From positions 1,736 through 46,183 of the forward strand of contig CAYPZH010000003.1 of assembly GCA_964415205.1 (NCBI GenBank): DNA of 44,448 nucleotides. The letters are read 5' to 3'. The position numbers and the translations under genes are program-made. The stretch is from an uncultured Actinomycetota bacterium. GTDB lineage: Bacteria; Actinomycetota; Geothermincolia; Geothermincolales; RBG-13-55-18. Numbering within the stretch: the stretch's first letter is position 1; each line of letters starts with the position of its first letter. The notes beneath the pieces were generated by a model. It was not told the DNA's origin, searched no databases, and saw nothing but the letters and a program-made list of their open reading frames with translations. Of the stretch, positions 1-8,802 are shown in pieces.

Positions 1-2
1 TG

Positions 3-995
3 ATCGGCGGCGGTCCGGAGGGCGGACGGCTGTTCCCCGGCCTGGCCGCGGTGGAGGAAAAGCGCTTGAGCGGGCGGCGTGACGTCGTGGGGCTGGCCTG
101 GCATACCATATCCCGCCCGCACCTGGAGGCTTACCTGGGGAAGCTCGACCTCGTGCATGCGCCGTCCCTGGTGTTCCCTCCCTCGCGCGCCCCCCTAGCC
201 GCCACCGTGCACGACCTCTGTATCATAAAGTACCCGGGATCGTTCCCCAGCCGCTGGAGGGTTTTTCACCGCCGGGGCCTCAGCCTCATCCTGCGGCACG
301 CGCGCGTCATACTCGCGGACTCGCGCAGCACCCGTGATGACCTGCGCTCCCTCATGGGCGGAAGCGACCCCAGGGTCAGGGTGGTCCCACTGGGCGTGGA
401 TATCCCCGAGCACCCCGGGGACGAAGAGGTAACGCGGGTGCTGGCCAGGCACCGGCTCGAGCCGGGTTTCATACTTTGCGTGGGCACGGTGGAGCCGCGC
501 AAGAACCTCTCCCGCCTGGCGCAGGCTTACGCCGCCCTGGACCAGGAGGAGAAGCGGAAAAGCGGGGAGCTGGTGTTGGTGGGGGCTCCGGGATGGATGG
601 CACGGCGTGAGCTCTCGCGCCTGCTGTCCCAGGCCGGGGTACGCTGGCTCGGCTACCTGCCCCAGGAGGAACTGGAGGCGGTCTACCGCGCGGCGTCCCT
701 GTTCGTATACCCCTCCGTCTACGAGGGCTTCGGATTGCCGGTGCTGGAGGCCATGGCCCGCGGCATCGCGGTGGTCACCTCGGACAGCTCCTCCCTGCGC
801 GAGGTGGGAGAGGGGGTGGCGCTGCTGGTCGACCCGACCGACCCCATGGAGCTGAGAAAGGCCATGCAGAGGTTGATCCACGACGAGAGCATGCGCCGCG
901 AGCTGGCGCAGAAGGGCAGGGAAAGGGCTGCAGAGTATCCATGGGAGCGCACGGTCGAGCTTACCATGCAAGCATACCGCGATGTCATGGCCTGA
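3..995 (+). CDS. Glycosyltransferase family 4 (GT-B fold), 5'-truncated by the window edge
   Basis: The frame is open from nt 3, with no stop before the listed GTG at 51. It has VEPRKNL and the YPSVYEGFGLPVLEAMARGIAVVTS (E-x7-E) retaining-GT4 signature. Compared with the paralog at 5699..6859, about 60 N-terminal residues are missing. Confidence 0.85.
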   Translation: MGGGPEGGRLFPGLAAVEEKRLSGRRDVVGLAWHTISRPHLEAYLGKLDLVHAPSLVFPPSRAPLAATVHDLCIIKYPGSFPSRWRVFHRRGLSLILRHARVILADSRSTRDDLRSLMGGSDPRVRVVPLGVDIPEHPGDEEVTRVLARHRLEPGFILCVGTVEPRKNLSRLAQAYAALDQEEKRKSGELVLVGAPGWMARRELSRLLSQAGVRWLGYLPQEELEAVYRAASLFVYPSVYEGFGLPVLEAMARGIAVVTSDSSSLREVGEGVALLVDPTDPMELRKAMQRLIHDESMRRELAQKGRERAAEYPWERTVELTMQAYRDVMA

Positions 996-1002
996 GCCGC
1001 GG

Positions 1003-2214
1003 TTAACGCGCCTGTGATGTATCGGGCCGCGATACCAAAGGCCGCAAGCGGCCGCGCGGGTCATCGTCTCCGCCCCGGACCGGGGTGACCTCCACCAACA
1101 GGTCGCCCTGCCTGGAGAACTCCCAGTCAACGTGCGACCCTACGTCCAGCGCCATCTCGAACAGCCCCTGGGCCATGCCCACGGTGAGGAGGTGGGCGGC
1201 GGCGTTGTCTATGCGCATGCGCAGACCCCAGGTGCCCATGCGGAACATGCGCAGGTTACCGAGTCCGCGCAGCGCCAGCTGGGCGCGGAACTCATCCTGG
1301 CTCGCCACCTGTTCGATGGAGTAAAACCCTGTCTTGGTGAAACGCCGCTGGGCCTCGATGACCACCGCCGGGACGGTCTTTCCCAGCTCGTCCTCAAGCA
1401 CCTTGAAGGTATTGTCGAGAAACTCCACTCCCAGCACGGCCATACGCCTGCCCGTCTGGCGGTTCTCGATGATGCCCTCTTCCAGCAGCCAGCGGAAATC
1501 AGACAGCGCCCTGGGGCAGCCGCAGCTGGTGCAGCCCTCCAGCTCCAGGTCGCCCTCCCGGTGTTCGTATCCCTTCAAGGAGAGCTTTTCCGTGATAGAG
1601 GTGGGAAACTCGGTCCAGCTGCTGGTGAACTCGTATACCTGCGGAGACACCTCCTCGCAGGTCACGGAATGCTCCCCTCCCACCGCCGCCGCAAGCGCGC
1701 CAGCGAGATTGCCCGCGGCCATGGGGACGGAAAAAGGTTTCATCACACGTTGCCGGTAGTAATCTTCCTCGTCTCCCTCGTAGCGCAGCCCCAGGAACTC
1801 GTATTTGCCGTATCCCAGTACCTGGCTGTAATGTATGATCGCCTTGACCAGGAAGCCGACGTCTATCTCCCTGCTGCGTACGAGCTCCTTTAGCTCCTCC
1901 GGTATCAGCCGTCCAAGGTAGATGGCCGCCCCCCTGGAGGTGATGTTCTGGATCAACTCCTCCACGGGAAATCCGATGATCTCGCCCATGTTTGCGAAAA
2001 GGGGGTCGAGGTTCTCGCATTCAAGGAATACCATGCGGGCGCTGCTGTTGGCCTTCTGGGTGATATCGCCGTTGTTGAGCCAGGCTTGCCCCGCGCTGAA
2101 GGACGCGGGCACGTTGCATTCCGGGCAGGTACTGATATCCAGCATCTTTGTGACCTCTTTTTGTCTTCGTCCTTTTCTATTCTCGGAAGAATAAGGCATG
2201 CCCTTGATGTTCAA
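1003..2214 (-). CDS. Hypothetical protein with an internal duplication; each half is a Cys knuckle plus a V4R-like domain
   Basis: 403-aa ORF. Half 1 (CPECN...ARMVFLECENLDPLF...GYGKYEF...) aligns by eye with half 2 (CTSCGCP...RRMAVLGVEFLDNTF...GLGNLRMF...). A GAGG-preceded ATG at 2145 (MLDISTCPECN) is a plausible alternative start. Confidence 0.6.
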   Translation of the reverse strand: MNIKGMPYSSENRKGRRQKEVTKMLDISTCPECNVPASFSAGQAWLNNGDITQKANSSARMVFLECENLDPLFANMGEIIGFPVEELIQNITSRGAAIYLGRLIPEELKELVRSREIDVGFLVKAIIHYSQVLGYGKYEFLGLRYEGDEEDYYRQRVMKPFSVPMAAGNLAGALAAAVGGEHSVTCEEVSPQVYEFTSSWTEFPTSITEKLSLKGYEHREGDLELEGCTSCGCPRALSDFRWLLEEGIIENRQTGRRMAVLGVEFLDNTFKVLEDELGKTVPAVVIEAQRRFTKTGFYSIEQVASQDEFRAQLALRGLGNLRMFRMGTWGLRMRIDNAAAHLLTVGMAQGLFEMALDVGSHVDWEFSRQGDLLVEVTPVRGGDDDPRGRLRPLVSRPDTSQAR

Positions 2215-2345
2215 CCCGGTCTCAGGTGATAGAGGGAGGATAGGCGGGTACTAATCTCCGGAAACAGGATTTGAACTGATAATGCGGAACGTAGACCACT
2301 ACAGTGAGCGGGCAATGCATCTATCCGATGCGGGTATCACAGGTG

Positions 2346-2705
2346 GCTAAGAAGGAAAAGAACACGCCTGGGTGTCGCCTGTATAAGAAACCCTTTCCGA
2401 GAACCGGGGGTCGGTCCGAAGCGACCGCTTCTGTGCAGCCGCCAGCCCGGGGAACTACCAGGTCGGTCGCAGCGAGCACCCGTGCATATCGGTTGCTAAA
2501 AGGAAAGATACCGCCCGGGTGTCGCCTGTAACAAACAAACAGCCCGGGACAGCGAGGGGTTCGGGCGTCCTTTATCTGCGCTCTCACCAGCCCAGGAACT
2601 ACCAGGTCGGTCGCAGCGAGCGCGCAAGTCGTGGGTTGTTTCTGTGCTGGAAGCAGGATGCGCAGCCGAGCGAGACCGTTACCTGGAGGCCTGGGCCGCC
2701 TACGC
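2346..2705. repeat. Tandem intergenic repeat with about 145-bp periodicity: alternating conserved blocks Y (gcc[t/c]gggtgtcgcctgta) and X (ggaactaccaggtcggtcgcagcgagc)
   Basis: Y is at 2366..2383 and 2513..2530, with a degenerate third copy near 2685..2703. X is at 2451..2477 and 2595..2621. The gctaa(g)aaggaaa(a)ga lead-in before Y is also duplicated. The repeat lies between the ugd stop and the start of the 1003..2214 gene. Confidence 0.8.
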
Positions 2706-2734
2706 ACCCAAGCCCGAACCCCTTGCTTCCCGGG

Positions 2735-4018
2735 CTACCTACCTATGCCTTCGTAGTTGAAGCCAAGGCGGCGCAGGGCCAGGGGCTCGAGGCAGTTCCT
2801 GGCGTCCAGTATCTCGAGGCTGTTCATGACCTCACCGACCTTACGGAAATCCTGCATCTTGAACTCGTCCCAATCGGTGAGTATGAGCAGGAGGTCGGCG
2901 CCTCTGGCGGCGTCCAAAGCGTCGCTCGCGTACTCCAGGTCGGGCATGATCTGACGCGCGCCCTCCATTGCCTGGGGGTCGTAGGCGCGCACCCTCGCCC
3001 CGCCATCGACGAGCAGGCGCAGTATCTCGATGGCGGGGGAGTACCTGACGTCGTCGGTGTTGGGCTTGAAGGCGAGGCCCCAGGCGGCGATGCTCTTGCC
3101 CTCGAGCCTGCCCAGGCGGCGCTCCGCCTTTGCAGCGGTGAGCTTTATCTGCTCCCGGTTGACCTGCATCACGCCCTCCAGGAGATGGAAATCGTATCCG
3201 AAGCGCCGGGCGATCTCGATAAGGGCCTGGCAGTCCTTGGGGAAGCATGACCCCCCGAAGCCGGGACCGGAGCGCAGGAACTCGAACCCGATGCGGTGGT
3301 CGTAACCCATGCCCATCGCCACCTCCTTGACGTCCGCGTCGACGGCCTCGGAGTTGTTGGCGTTGGCGTTGATGAAGGACACCTTGGTGGCCAAAAAGGC
3401 GTTGGAGGCGTATTTTATCATCTCCGCGCTGGCGGGGTCGGTGATGAAGAGGGGGGCGTTGAGCGGCCGGTAGAGCTCGGCCATAATTCCTGCCGCCTTC
3501 TGGCTTTCCGTGCCGATGACGATACGGTCCGGGCTCATGAAATCCCGCACCGCGGTGCCCTCGCGCAGGAACTCCGGGTTGGAGATGACGTCGAACTCCT
3601 CTCCCCCGGCCCTGTCCTTTATCACCCTTTCCACCAGGCGCGTGGAGCCCACGGGCATGGTGCTCTTGTTCACGATGATCTTATAGCCGTTCACGGATGC
3701 GGCTATGTCGGATGCCGCCTCGATCACGTAGGACATGTCGGCCTCTCCCTCCTCGCCCTGGGGAGTGCCGACGGTGATGAAGATTATCTCGGAAACACGC
3801 ACCGCCTCGTCGGTATCGGTGGTGAAGGCCAGGTTGCGCCCCAGGTTGCGGGAGAGGAGCTCGGGCAGCCCGACCTCGTAGATGGTCGCTTCCCCCCGGT
3901 TCAGGCGCCGGATCTTCCCCTCCTCTTTGTCCACGCCGATAACGGAGTGTCCGAGGTCCGCGAAGCAAGCGCCCGTGACCAGCCCGACGTACCCGGTGCC
4001 TATGACCGCTATTCTCAT
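2735..4018 (-). CDS. ugd: UDP-glucose 6-dehydrogenase
   Basis: N-terminal Rossmann motif MRIAVIGTGYVGLVTGACFA, catalytic GGSCFPKD motif, and the 427-aa length typical of the UDP-glucose/GDP-mannose dehydrogenase family. Confidence 0.93.
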   Translation of the reverse strand: MRIAVIGTGYVGLVTGACFADLGHSVIGVDKEEGKIRRLNRGEATIYEVGLPELLSRNLGRNLAFTTDTDEAVRVSEIIFITVGTPQGEEGEADMSYVIEAASDIAASVNGYKIIVNKSTMPVGSTRLVERVIKDRAGGEEFDVISNPEFLREGTAVRDFMSPDRIVIGTESQKAAGIMAELYRPLNAPLFITDPASAEMIKYASNAFLATKVSFINANANNSEAVDADVKEVAMGMGYDHRIGFEFLRSGPGFGGSCFPKDCQALIEIARRFGYDFHLLEGVMQVNREQIKLTAAKAERRLGRLEGKSIAAWGLAFKPNTDDVRYSPAIEILRLLVDGGARVRAYDPQAMEGARQIMPDLEYASDALDAARGADLLLILTDWDEFKMQDFRKVGEVMNSLEILDARNCLEPLALRRLGFNYEGIGR

Positions 4019-4308
4019 ACGCCTTCACCTGTCCTTTCTCCCGGTTTTCTCCATGCAAGGATACAGCCAGGGAGTACAGGATTTCAAACCTGCGCGGATG
4101 GACATCCCCGGCGCGCGCCCGCCATGGATTATAATTGCCGCAGCGCCGCGGCGGCCGGGTACCCCGCCCGCTGCGGGCGGTAAGGGCGGGGAAGGGACCG
4201 CGAACCCGCTTCCTTGCCGGACCGTCAAAAGTCTGTACAAGCTGAGCCGTGTTACGAAAACCTGGCTAGCGGGATGAGAAAGGCCGACATGAGCGTAGGG
4301 GTAAGGGG

Positions 4309-5124
4309 TTGAAAAGGCCGGCAGCCGTCGCCGTCGCGGTATCACTACTTTTATGCGGCCTGCTGGCCGGCTGCGGCAGTTCCCAGGACCCGGCCGCCTG
4401 GCTCGAGGACTGCGAGCGCAAGACGCGGGAATACGCCGCTGGCACCGGCTACCTCCACTTCGTACAGGAGATAGAGAACTCCCTGGTCACGCCGCAGGTG
4501 GGATTCGTGCAGGTAGTGCGCATCGAGGGAGACATCATCTTCCCCGACCGCGAGGCCTACGAGCACAAGGAGAACGTCAGCAGCACCCTGCGGCCGGAGT
4601 TGTCATACGAGAACGACTTCTCCTACCTCACCACCGACAGGGGCGCAACGGCCTATGTCATGGGCGAGAAGCTATCCGAGCAACTGGGTGTGTTCGGCTG
4701 GATCCACTACACGCCAACCGCGGAACAGGACCAGTACTTCGACCCCCCCGCTCTCATCACCAGCCTCGTTGACATGGCCGCGGAACCGGAATGGGTCGGC
4801 CTCGAGGAAATGGACGGGGAGAGCTGCGCGCACGTGCGCTACAGCGCCAGCGGTCGGGAACTGCTGGACCTGCGCATCCAGCAGGACCCCGCCTTCGCCG
4901 CGCAATTCCAGGGATCTGACCTGGACCAGATCGCGGGAGAGGTGACGGTGGATATATGGATCGGGAAGGCGGACCGGCTGCCGCGGCGGATGAGCGTCGA
5001 GCAGGAGGCCACCCTGGAGCAAGGCGCAAGCAGCGTTACCCGCATGGACTTTTATCTCCGCGCTTACGGACAGGAGCCGCCGCTGTCCATCGAGGCCCCA
5101 GCCTCGGCGCACGAAGCGGCATGA
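4309..5124 (+). CDS. Lipoprotein, possibly LolA/LppX-like fold (putative glycolipid-binding)
   Basis: TTG start. The signal peptide has a lipobox (LLCGLLAGC|GSS). The C-terminal strand pattern VTVDIWIGKADRLPRRMSVE resembles LolA/LprG-type proteins, but the fold assignment is only an inference. Confidence 0.6.
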   Translation: MKRPAAVAVAVSLLLCGLLAGCGSSQDPAAWLEDCERKTREYAAGTGYLHFVQEIENSLVTPQVGFVQVVRIEGDIIFPDREAYEHKENVSSTLRPELSYENDFSYLTTDRGATAYVMGEKLSEQLGVFGWIHYTPTAEQDQYFDPPALITSLVDMAAEPEWVGLEEMDGESCAHVRYSASGRELLDLRIQQDPAFAAQFQGSDLDQIAGEVTVDIWIGKADRLPRRMSVEQEATLEQGASSVTRMDFYLRAYGQEPPLSIEAPASAHEAA

Positions 5125-5161
5125 GGCACGGCGGCCGCTGCGGGCGGGCATCGCAAGAGAT

Positions 5162-5170
5162 TGATATAAT
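5162..5170 (+). promoter_or_regulatory. Extended -10 promoter element (TGaTATAAT)
   Basis: An AT-rich TTGATATAAT in an otherwise GC-rich spacer, about 80 nt upstream of the 5251 start. Confidence 0.35.
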
Positions 5171-5250
5171 ACGCCTGAAATGCCCCCGTCCGCTACGGGG
5201 CCTGCGGCGGCCGTCGGGGCGGCAGGGGTGCCGAGGCACAAGGAGGAGAG

Positions 5251-5670
5251 ATGGAAGCAGCAGTCAAGCCGATGATGTACGTCCTTATCATAATCAGCGT
5301 CGGGCTGGCCATCGGCGGCCAGATCTGCCTGCGCAGGGGCATGAGCGAGATCAAGGACAGAACGGGTATGGGGGCGGGCGACCTCCTAAAGAAACCCGCG
5401 AATTTTTTCAAGGAGATCGCCACCTCCTGGGTCGTCATCCTGGGCCTGGTGCTCTTCGTGGCCTCGGCGCTGTTCTGGCTGGTCGTGCTCACGGACGTGC
5501 CCCTGGGCGTCGCCTACCCCTTCGTAAGCCTGACCTACATAGTGGTCATGTTCTATGACAAGCTGTTCGAGAACCGCGAGGTGATAGCGCTCAACTGGGT
5601 CGGGGTCGTTGCCATTGTGGCGGGGATCATCCTCATCAACTGGGGGCAGTGGAACACCTCGAGCCCATGA
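5251..5670 (+). CDS. Small EamA/SMR-like 4-TM membrane protein (ArnE/ArnF-type polyprenyl-phosphate-sugar flippase candidate)
   Basis: 139 aa with four hydrophobic segments. The C-terminal WVGVVAIVAGIILINW is typical of half-size DMT/EamA transporters. It is embedded among glycosyltransferases. Confidence 0.6.
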   Translation: MEAAVKPMMYVLIIISVGLAIGGQICLRRGMSEIKDRTGMGAGDLLKKPANFFKEIATSWVVILGLVLFVASALFWLVVLTDVPLGVAYPFVSLTYIVVMFYDKLFENREVIALNWVGVVAIVAGIILINWGQWNTSSP

Positions 5671-5698
5671 TGGCGGTGGGACATACGGCGGGTAGGTC

Positions 5699-6859
5699 AT
5701 GAAGGTCGTTTTCGACGGCACCCCTTTTCTGCTTGAAAAGACGGGGATAGGCCATTACACCGAGAACCTGGCCTCACACCTGCTGCGGTCGCGACCGGGG
5801 ATGGAGTTGGAGATCTTCTCCATATCGCTGCGGGCGGGGCACCGCCTGAAGGAGCTTTCCCCCTCCCTGGAAAACGTCAGGGTCAGGGGGTATAACCTCC
5901 CAGCCAATTTCCTTTACTACACCTGGTGGAGGAGAACAGGCTCGTTTCCCGCGGAGTCGCTGCTGGGCGAATTCGACATCTTCCATGCCACCAATTATCA
6001 GGCGCCGGCGCTGCGCACGGCGCGCCTGGTCTCCACCGTGCACGACATCAACTTCGTGCGCTTCCCGGAGATGCAGAGTAAGGGCATCAGGCGGTTTATC
6101 AGTTACCTTCCTTCACTGCTGGAGAGGTCGCATATGGTGCTGGCCGATTCCCGTTTCACCGCCGACGAACTGGCAGATGTCTACGGCCTTTCTCCGGAAA
6201 AAGTGAGGGTAGTCTATCCCGGGTTGAACCCGGTTTTTATGAGCGAACCGTCATGGGAGGAGATAGACACCGCCCTCCACGCCTACGGCCTCGAGCCCCC
6301 ATATATCGCCTACATCGGGAACCTGCATCCCCGCAAGAACCTTGCGACCCTGCTGGAGGCGTTCTCCCTGCTGCGCGAGGAAGGCCTGGAGCACCGTCTG
6401 GCGGTGATCGGAGGGGGCGGCTTGGGAAAGCTCAACAACACCGAATATCGCAAGCTCATGTTCAAGGTGGAGGACCTGGGCCTCGAGGACGAGGTGGTCT
6501 TCACCGGCTACGTCCCAGATCAGCGCCTCAAGTCCCTGCTGTCCCGGGCGGACATGCTGGTTTTCCCGACCATATACGAGGGCTTCGGCCTGCCCCCCCT
6601 GGAGGCAATGGCCTGCGGAGTGCCGGTGATTACCTCCAGCCGCGCTTCCCTCCCCGAGGTGGTCGGAGACGCGGCCGTGCTCCTGGAGGACCCCCTGGAA
6701 GCGGAGGAGATAGCAGCAAGGATGAAGGACGTGATCCGCGACGAGAAGCTGCGCGCGGACCTTGTGAGGAAGGGGCGGGAGAGGGCCCGCGCCTTTACCT
6801 GGGAACAGGCTGCCGCCCAGGTGCTGGAGGTCTATGACCAGGTCTTGGGGGAGGGATAG
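5699..6859 (+). CDS. Glycosyltransferase family 4
   Basis: HPRKNL motif and FPTIYEGFGLPPLEAMACGVPVITS E-x7-E signature; 386 aa. Confidence 0.9.
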   Translation: MKVVFDGTPFLLEKTGIGHYTENLASHLLRSRPGMELEIFSISLRAGHRLKELSPSLENVRVRGYNLPANFLYYTWWRRTGSFPAESLLGEFDIFHATNYQAPALRTARLVSTVHDINFVRFPEMQSKGIRRFISYLPSLLERSHMVLADSRFTADELADVYGLSPEKVRVVYPGLNPVFMSEPSWEEIDTALHAYGLEPPYIAYIGNLHPRKNLATLLEAFSLLREEGLEHRLAVIGGGGLGKLNNTEYRKLMFKVEDLGLEDEVVFTGYVPDQRLKSLLSRADMLVFPTIYEGFGLPPLEAMACGVPVITSSRASLPEVVGDAAVLLEDPLEAEEIAARMKDVIRDEKLRADLVRKGRERARAFTWEQAAAQVLEVYDQVLGEG

Positions 6860-6862
6860 GGT

Positions 6863-7879
6863 TTGTCCGGGAAGAGAGAGGCAGGCGGCGTCGGCTCGCT
6901 GCGCAGCGACGGCACGCCCGTGAAAGCCGGCAGCTGCGAGGTGACCCTGGTGGCGACGGTGCGCGACGAGGCGGATAACCTGGACGAGTGGTGGACGAGC
7001 ATAGTGGGGCAGTCAAGGCCGCCGGACGAGATGGTGGTGGTGGACGGGGGATCCCGGGACGGCACCCCGGAGCTGCTGCTCTCCCTGGCCTCCACCGCGC
7101 CCTTCGAGCTGCGCGTGGAGTCATGCGCGGGCTGCAACATCGCGCAGGGGAGAAACGTGGCCATAGAGATGGCCCGCGGCGACGTGATAGCGGTGACCGA
7201 CGCAGGCTGCGTGTTGGCACCCTACTGGTTGGAGAGACTGATAGCCCCCCTGGAGGAGGACGCGGGGGTGAGCCTGGTGGCCGGCTTCTACCGCCCGCTC
7301 ACCAGCGGGTTCTTCGAGGAATTGTCGGCCTGTGCCACCATACCCCTGCCGGGCGAAGTGAACCCGCGCCGCTTCATGCCCTCCTCGCGCTCCCTTGCCT
7401 TCCGCCGCGAGGTATGGGAGATGGCCGGGGGCTATCCGGAATGGCTGGATATCGGCGAGGACATGTACTTCAACCACGCCTGGAGGAAGCTGGGCATCCG
7501 CCACGTCATGGCCGGCGTCGCCCTGGTCTTTTGGAGGATGCGGCGGGACTTGAGGTCTCTGCTGCGCCAGTACTATTTTTACGCCCGTGGAGACGGCGAG
7601 TCGGGGATGTATCCCCACCGCCATCTGCTCCGCTTCGCTACCTACGGCTGGCTGGTCTTCTGCGCGGCGTCCGGGCAGAAGCGCCTGGCGGGTCCGACCG
7701 CGGCCGCAGGAGCCCTCTATGCGGGACGGCGCTGGCTGCGCATCCCCTCCTACGTGGGCGGACGCCCGGTATGGCTGAAGGCGGCGGCGGTGCCCTGCGT
7801 GTCTTTGCTCATGCTCCTTATCGACGTCGCCAAGATGGCCGGCTTTATCGCCGGGTTGGCGAGGAGGGTGCGCCGGTGA
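6863..7879 (+). CDS. Glycosyltransferase family 2 with a C-terminal membrane region
   Basis: VTLVATVRDEADNL...VVVDGGSRDGT...AVTDAGC (GT-A DxD-like) followed by hydrophobic C-terminal helices. It starts 4 nt after the previous stop. The exact start is uncertain. Confidence 0.75.
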   Translation: MSGKREAGGVGSLRSDGTPVKAGSCEVTLVATVRDEADNLDEWWTSIVGQSRPPDEMVVVDGGSRDGTPELLLSLASTAPFELRVESCAGCNIAQGRNVAIEMARGDVIAVTDAGCVLAPYWLERLIAPLEEDAGVSLVAGFYRPLTSGFFEELSACATIPLPGEVNPRRFMPSSRSLAFRREVWEMAGGYPEWLDIGEDMYFNHAWRKLGIRHVMAGVALVFWRMRRDLRSLLRQYYFYARGDGESGMYPHRHLLRFATYGWLVFCAASGQKRLAGPTAAAGALYAGRRWLRIPSYVGGRPVWLKAAAVPCVSLLMLLIDVAKMAGFIAGLARRVRR

Positions 7880-8766
7880 GGGCCGCGCTGGTCATCGTCA
7901 ACTACAATACCGCGGCGGACCTGCGCAGGTGCCTGGAATCCGCGCGCGAGAGGCTGGGCGGCATCGAGACCATCGTGGTGGACAACGGCTCCACGGACGG
8001 CAGCAGGGAGATGGTGCGCAAGGAGTTCCCCGGCGTGAGGCTGGTGGATAACCCGGGAAACCCCGGGTACGCCTCCGCCTGTAACCGCGGCATCGCGGCC
8101 GCCACGCAGCCTTACGTCTTCATCCTCAACAGCGATGTTGAGTTCACCCAGGGCGGCCTGGAGACGCTCATCGAGCGCATGGAAGCCGAACCCGGTATCG
8201 GGGCCCTCGGTCCCATGGTCCTCAACAGTGACGGCAGCGTGCAGATGTCATGCCGCCGCTTTCCCTCCCTGCTGGAGAGCGTGGCGCACGGCTTCCTGGG
8301 GGAGATATGGCCCGACAACCCCTTTACCAGGGACTACCAGATGAAAGGACTGCACAGGAACGAGCCCTGCGAGGTGGACTGGGTATCCGGTGCGGCCATG
8401 CTGCTGCGCCGGGAGGCGGCGCAGCGGGTGGGCGGCTTCGACGAGGCCTATTTCATGTACGTAGAGGACGTGGACATCTGCTGGCGCCTGCGGGAGGCGG
8501 GATACAGCGTGGCCTACGACCCCTCGCTGCGGCTGGTACACCATATCGGCAGGTCCAGCTCACAGCAGTCCACGCGCATGCTCTACGAACACCACCGCAG
8601 CATGTTCACCTTTTTCAGCAAGAGGTACCGCGGCTGGAAGCGCGTGGCGCTGCTCCCCCCGGTGTTCGCCGGGCTGGCGGGGAGGCTCGTTTTCTCGCTG
8701 CTCCTGCGCCGGCTGAGGGGCGGTGGGGGGCCGTTAGCGCCGGTGCGTAAACGCCTTGAGATATAA
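7876..8766 (+). CDS. Glycosyltransferase family 2 (WbbL/rhamnosyltransferase-like)
   Basis: The GTG at 7876 overlaps the upstream stop (GTGA). ALVIVNYNTAADLRRCLES...VVDNGSTDGS...NPGYASACNRG...ILNSDVEF and VEDVDICWR motifs are present. The longer ORF from 6988 is an out-of-frame overlap artefact. Confidence 0.88.
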   Translation: MRAALVIVNYNTAADLRRCLESARERLGGIETIVVDNGSTDGSREMVRKEFPGVRLVDNPGNPGYASACNRGIAAATQPYVFILNSDVEFTQGGLETLIERMEAEPGIGALGPMVLNSDGSVQMSCRRFPSLLESVAHGFLGEIWPDNPFTRDYQMKGLHRNEPCEVDWVSGAAMLLRREAAQRVGGFDEAYFMYVEDVDICWRLREAGYSVAYDPSLRLVHHIGRSSSQQSTRMLYEHHRSMFTFFSKRYRGWKRVALLPPVFAGLAGRLVFSLLLRRLRGGGGPLAPVRKRLEI

Positions 8767-8802
8767 TGGAAATAACGGCGCACGAGGAGAGGGGCGGTAG
8801 GC

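Noticed and set aside
195-1130. 311-aa ORF antisense to the first GT4. The same pattern applies to other long antisense or alternative-frame ORFs, such as 1132..1893, 3296..4183, 9016..9684, 20098..21063 and 23942..24502.
   Set aside because: These are Arg/Pro/Gly/Ala-rich low-complexity translations, typical of non-coding frames in GC-rich DNA. Each fully overlaps a gene with strong family motifs on the other strand or frame.
2346-2705. CRISPR array.
   Set aside because: There are only 2-3 units, two different conserved blocks alternate, the blocks are not palindromic CRISPR-like repeats, and there are no cas genes.
6988-7875. N-terminal 296 codons of the listed 592-aa ORF 6988..8766.
   Set aside because: This part is out of frame with, and fully overlaps, the motif-bearing GT2 at 6863..7879, and its translation is Gly/Arg/Pro-rich. 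The GT2 homology starts exactly at the GTG at 7876, which overlaps the upstream stop.
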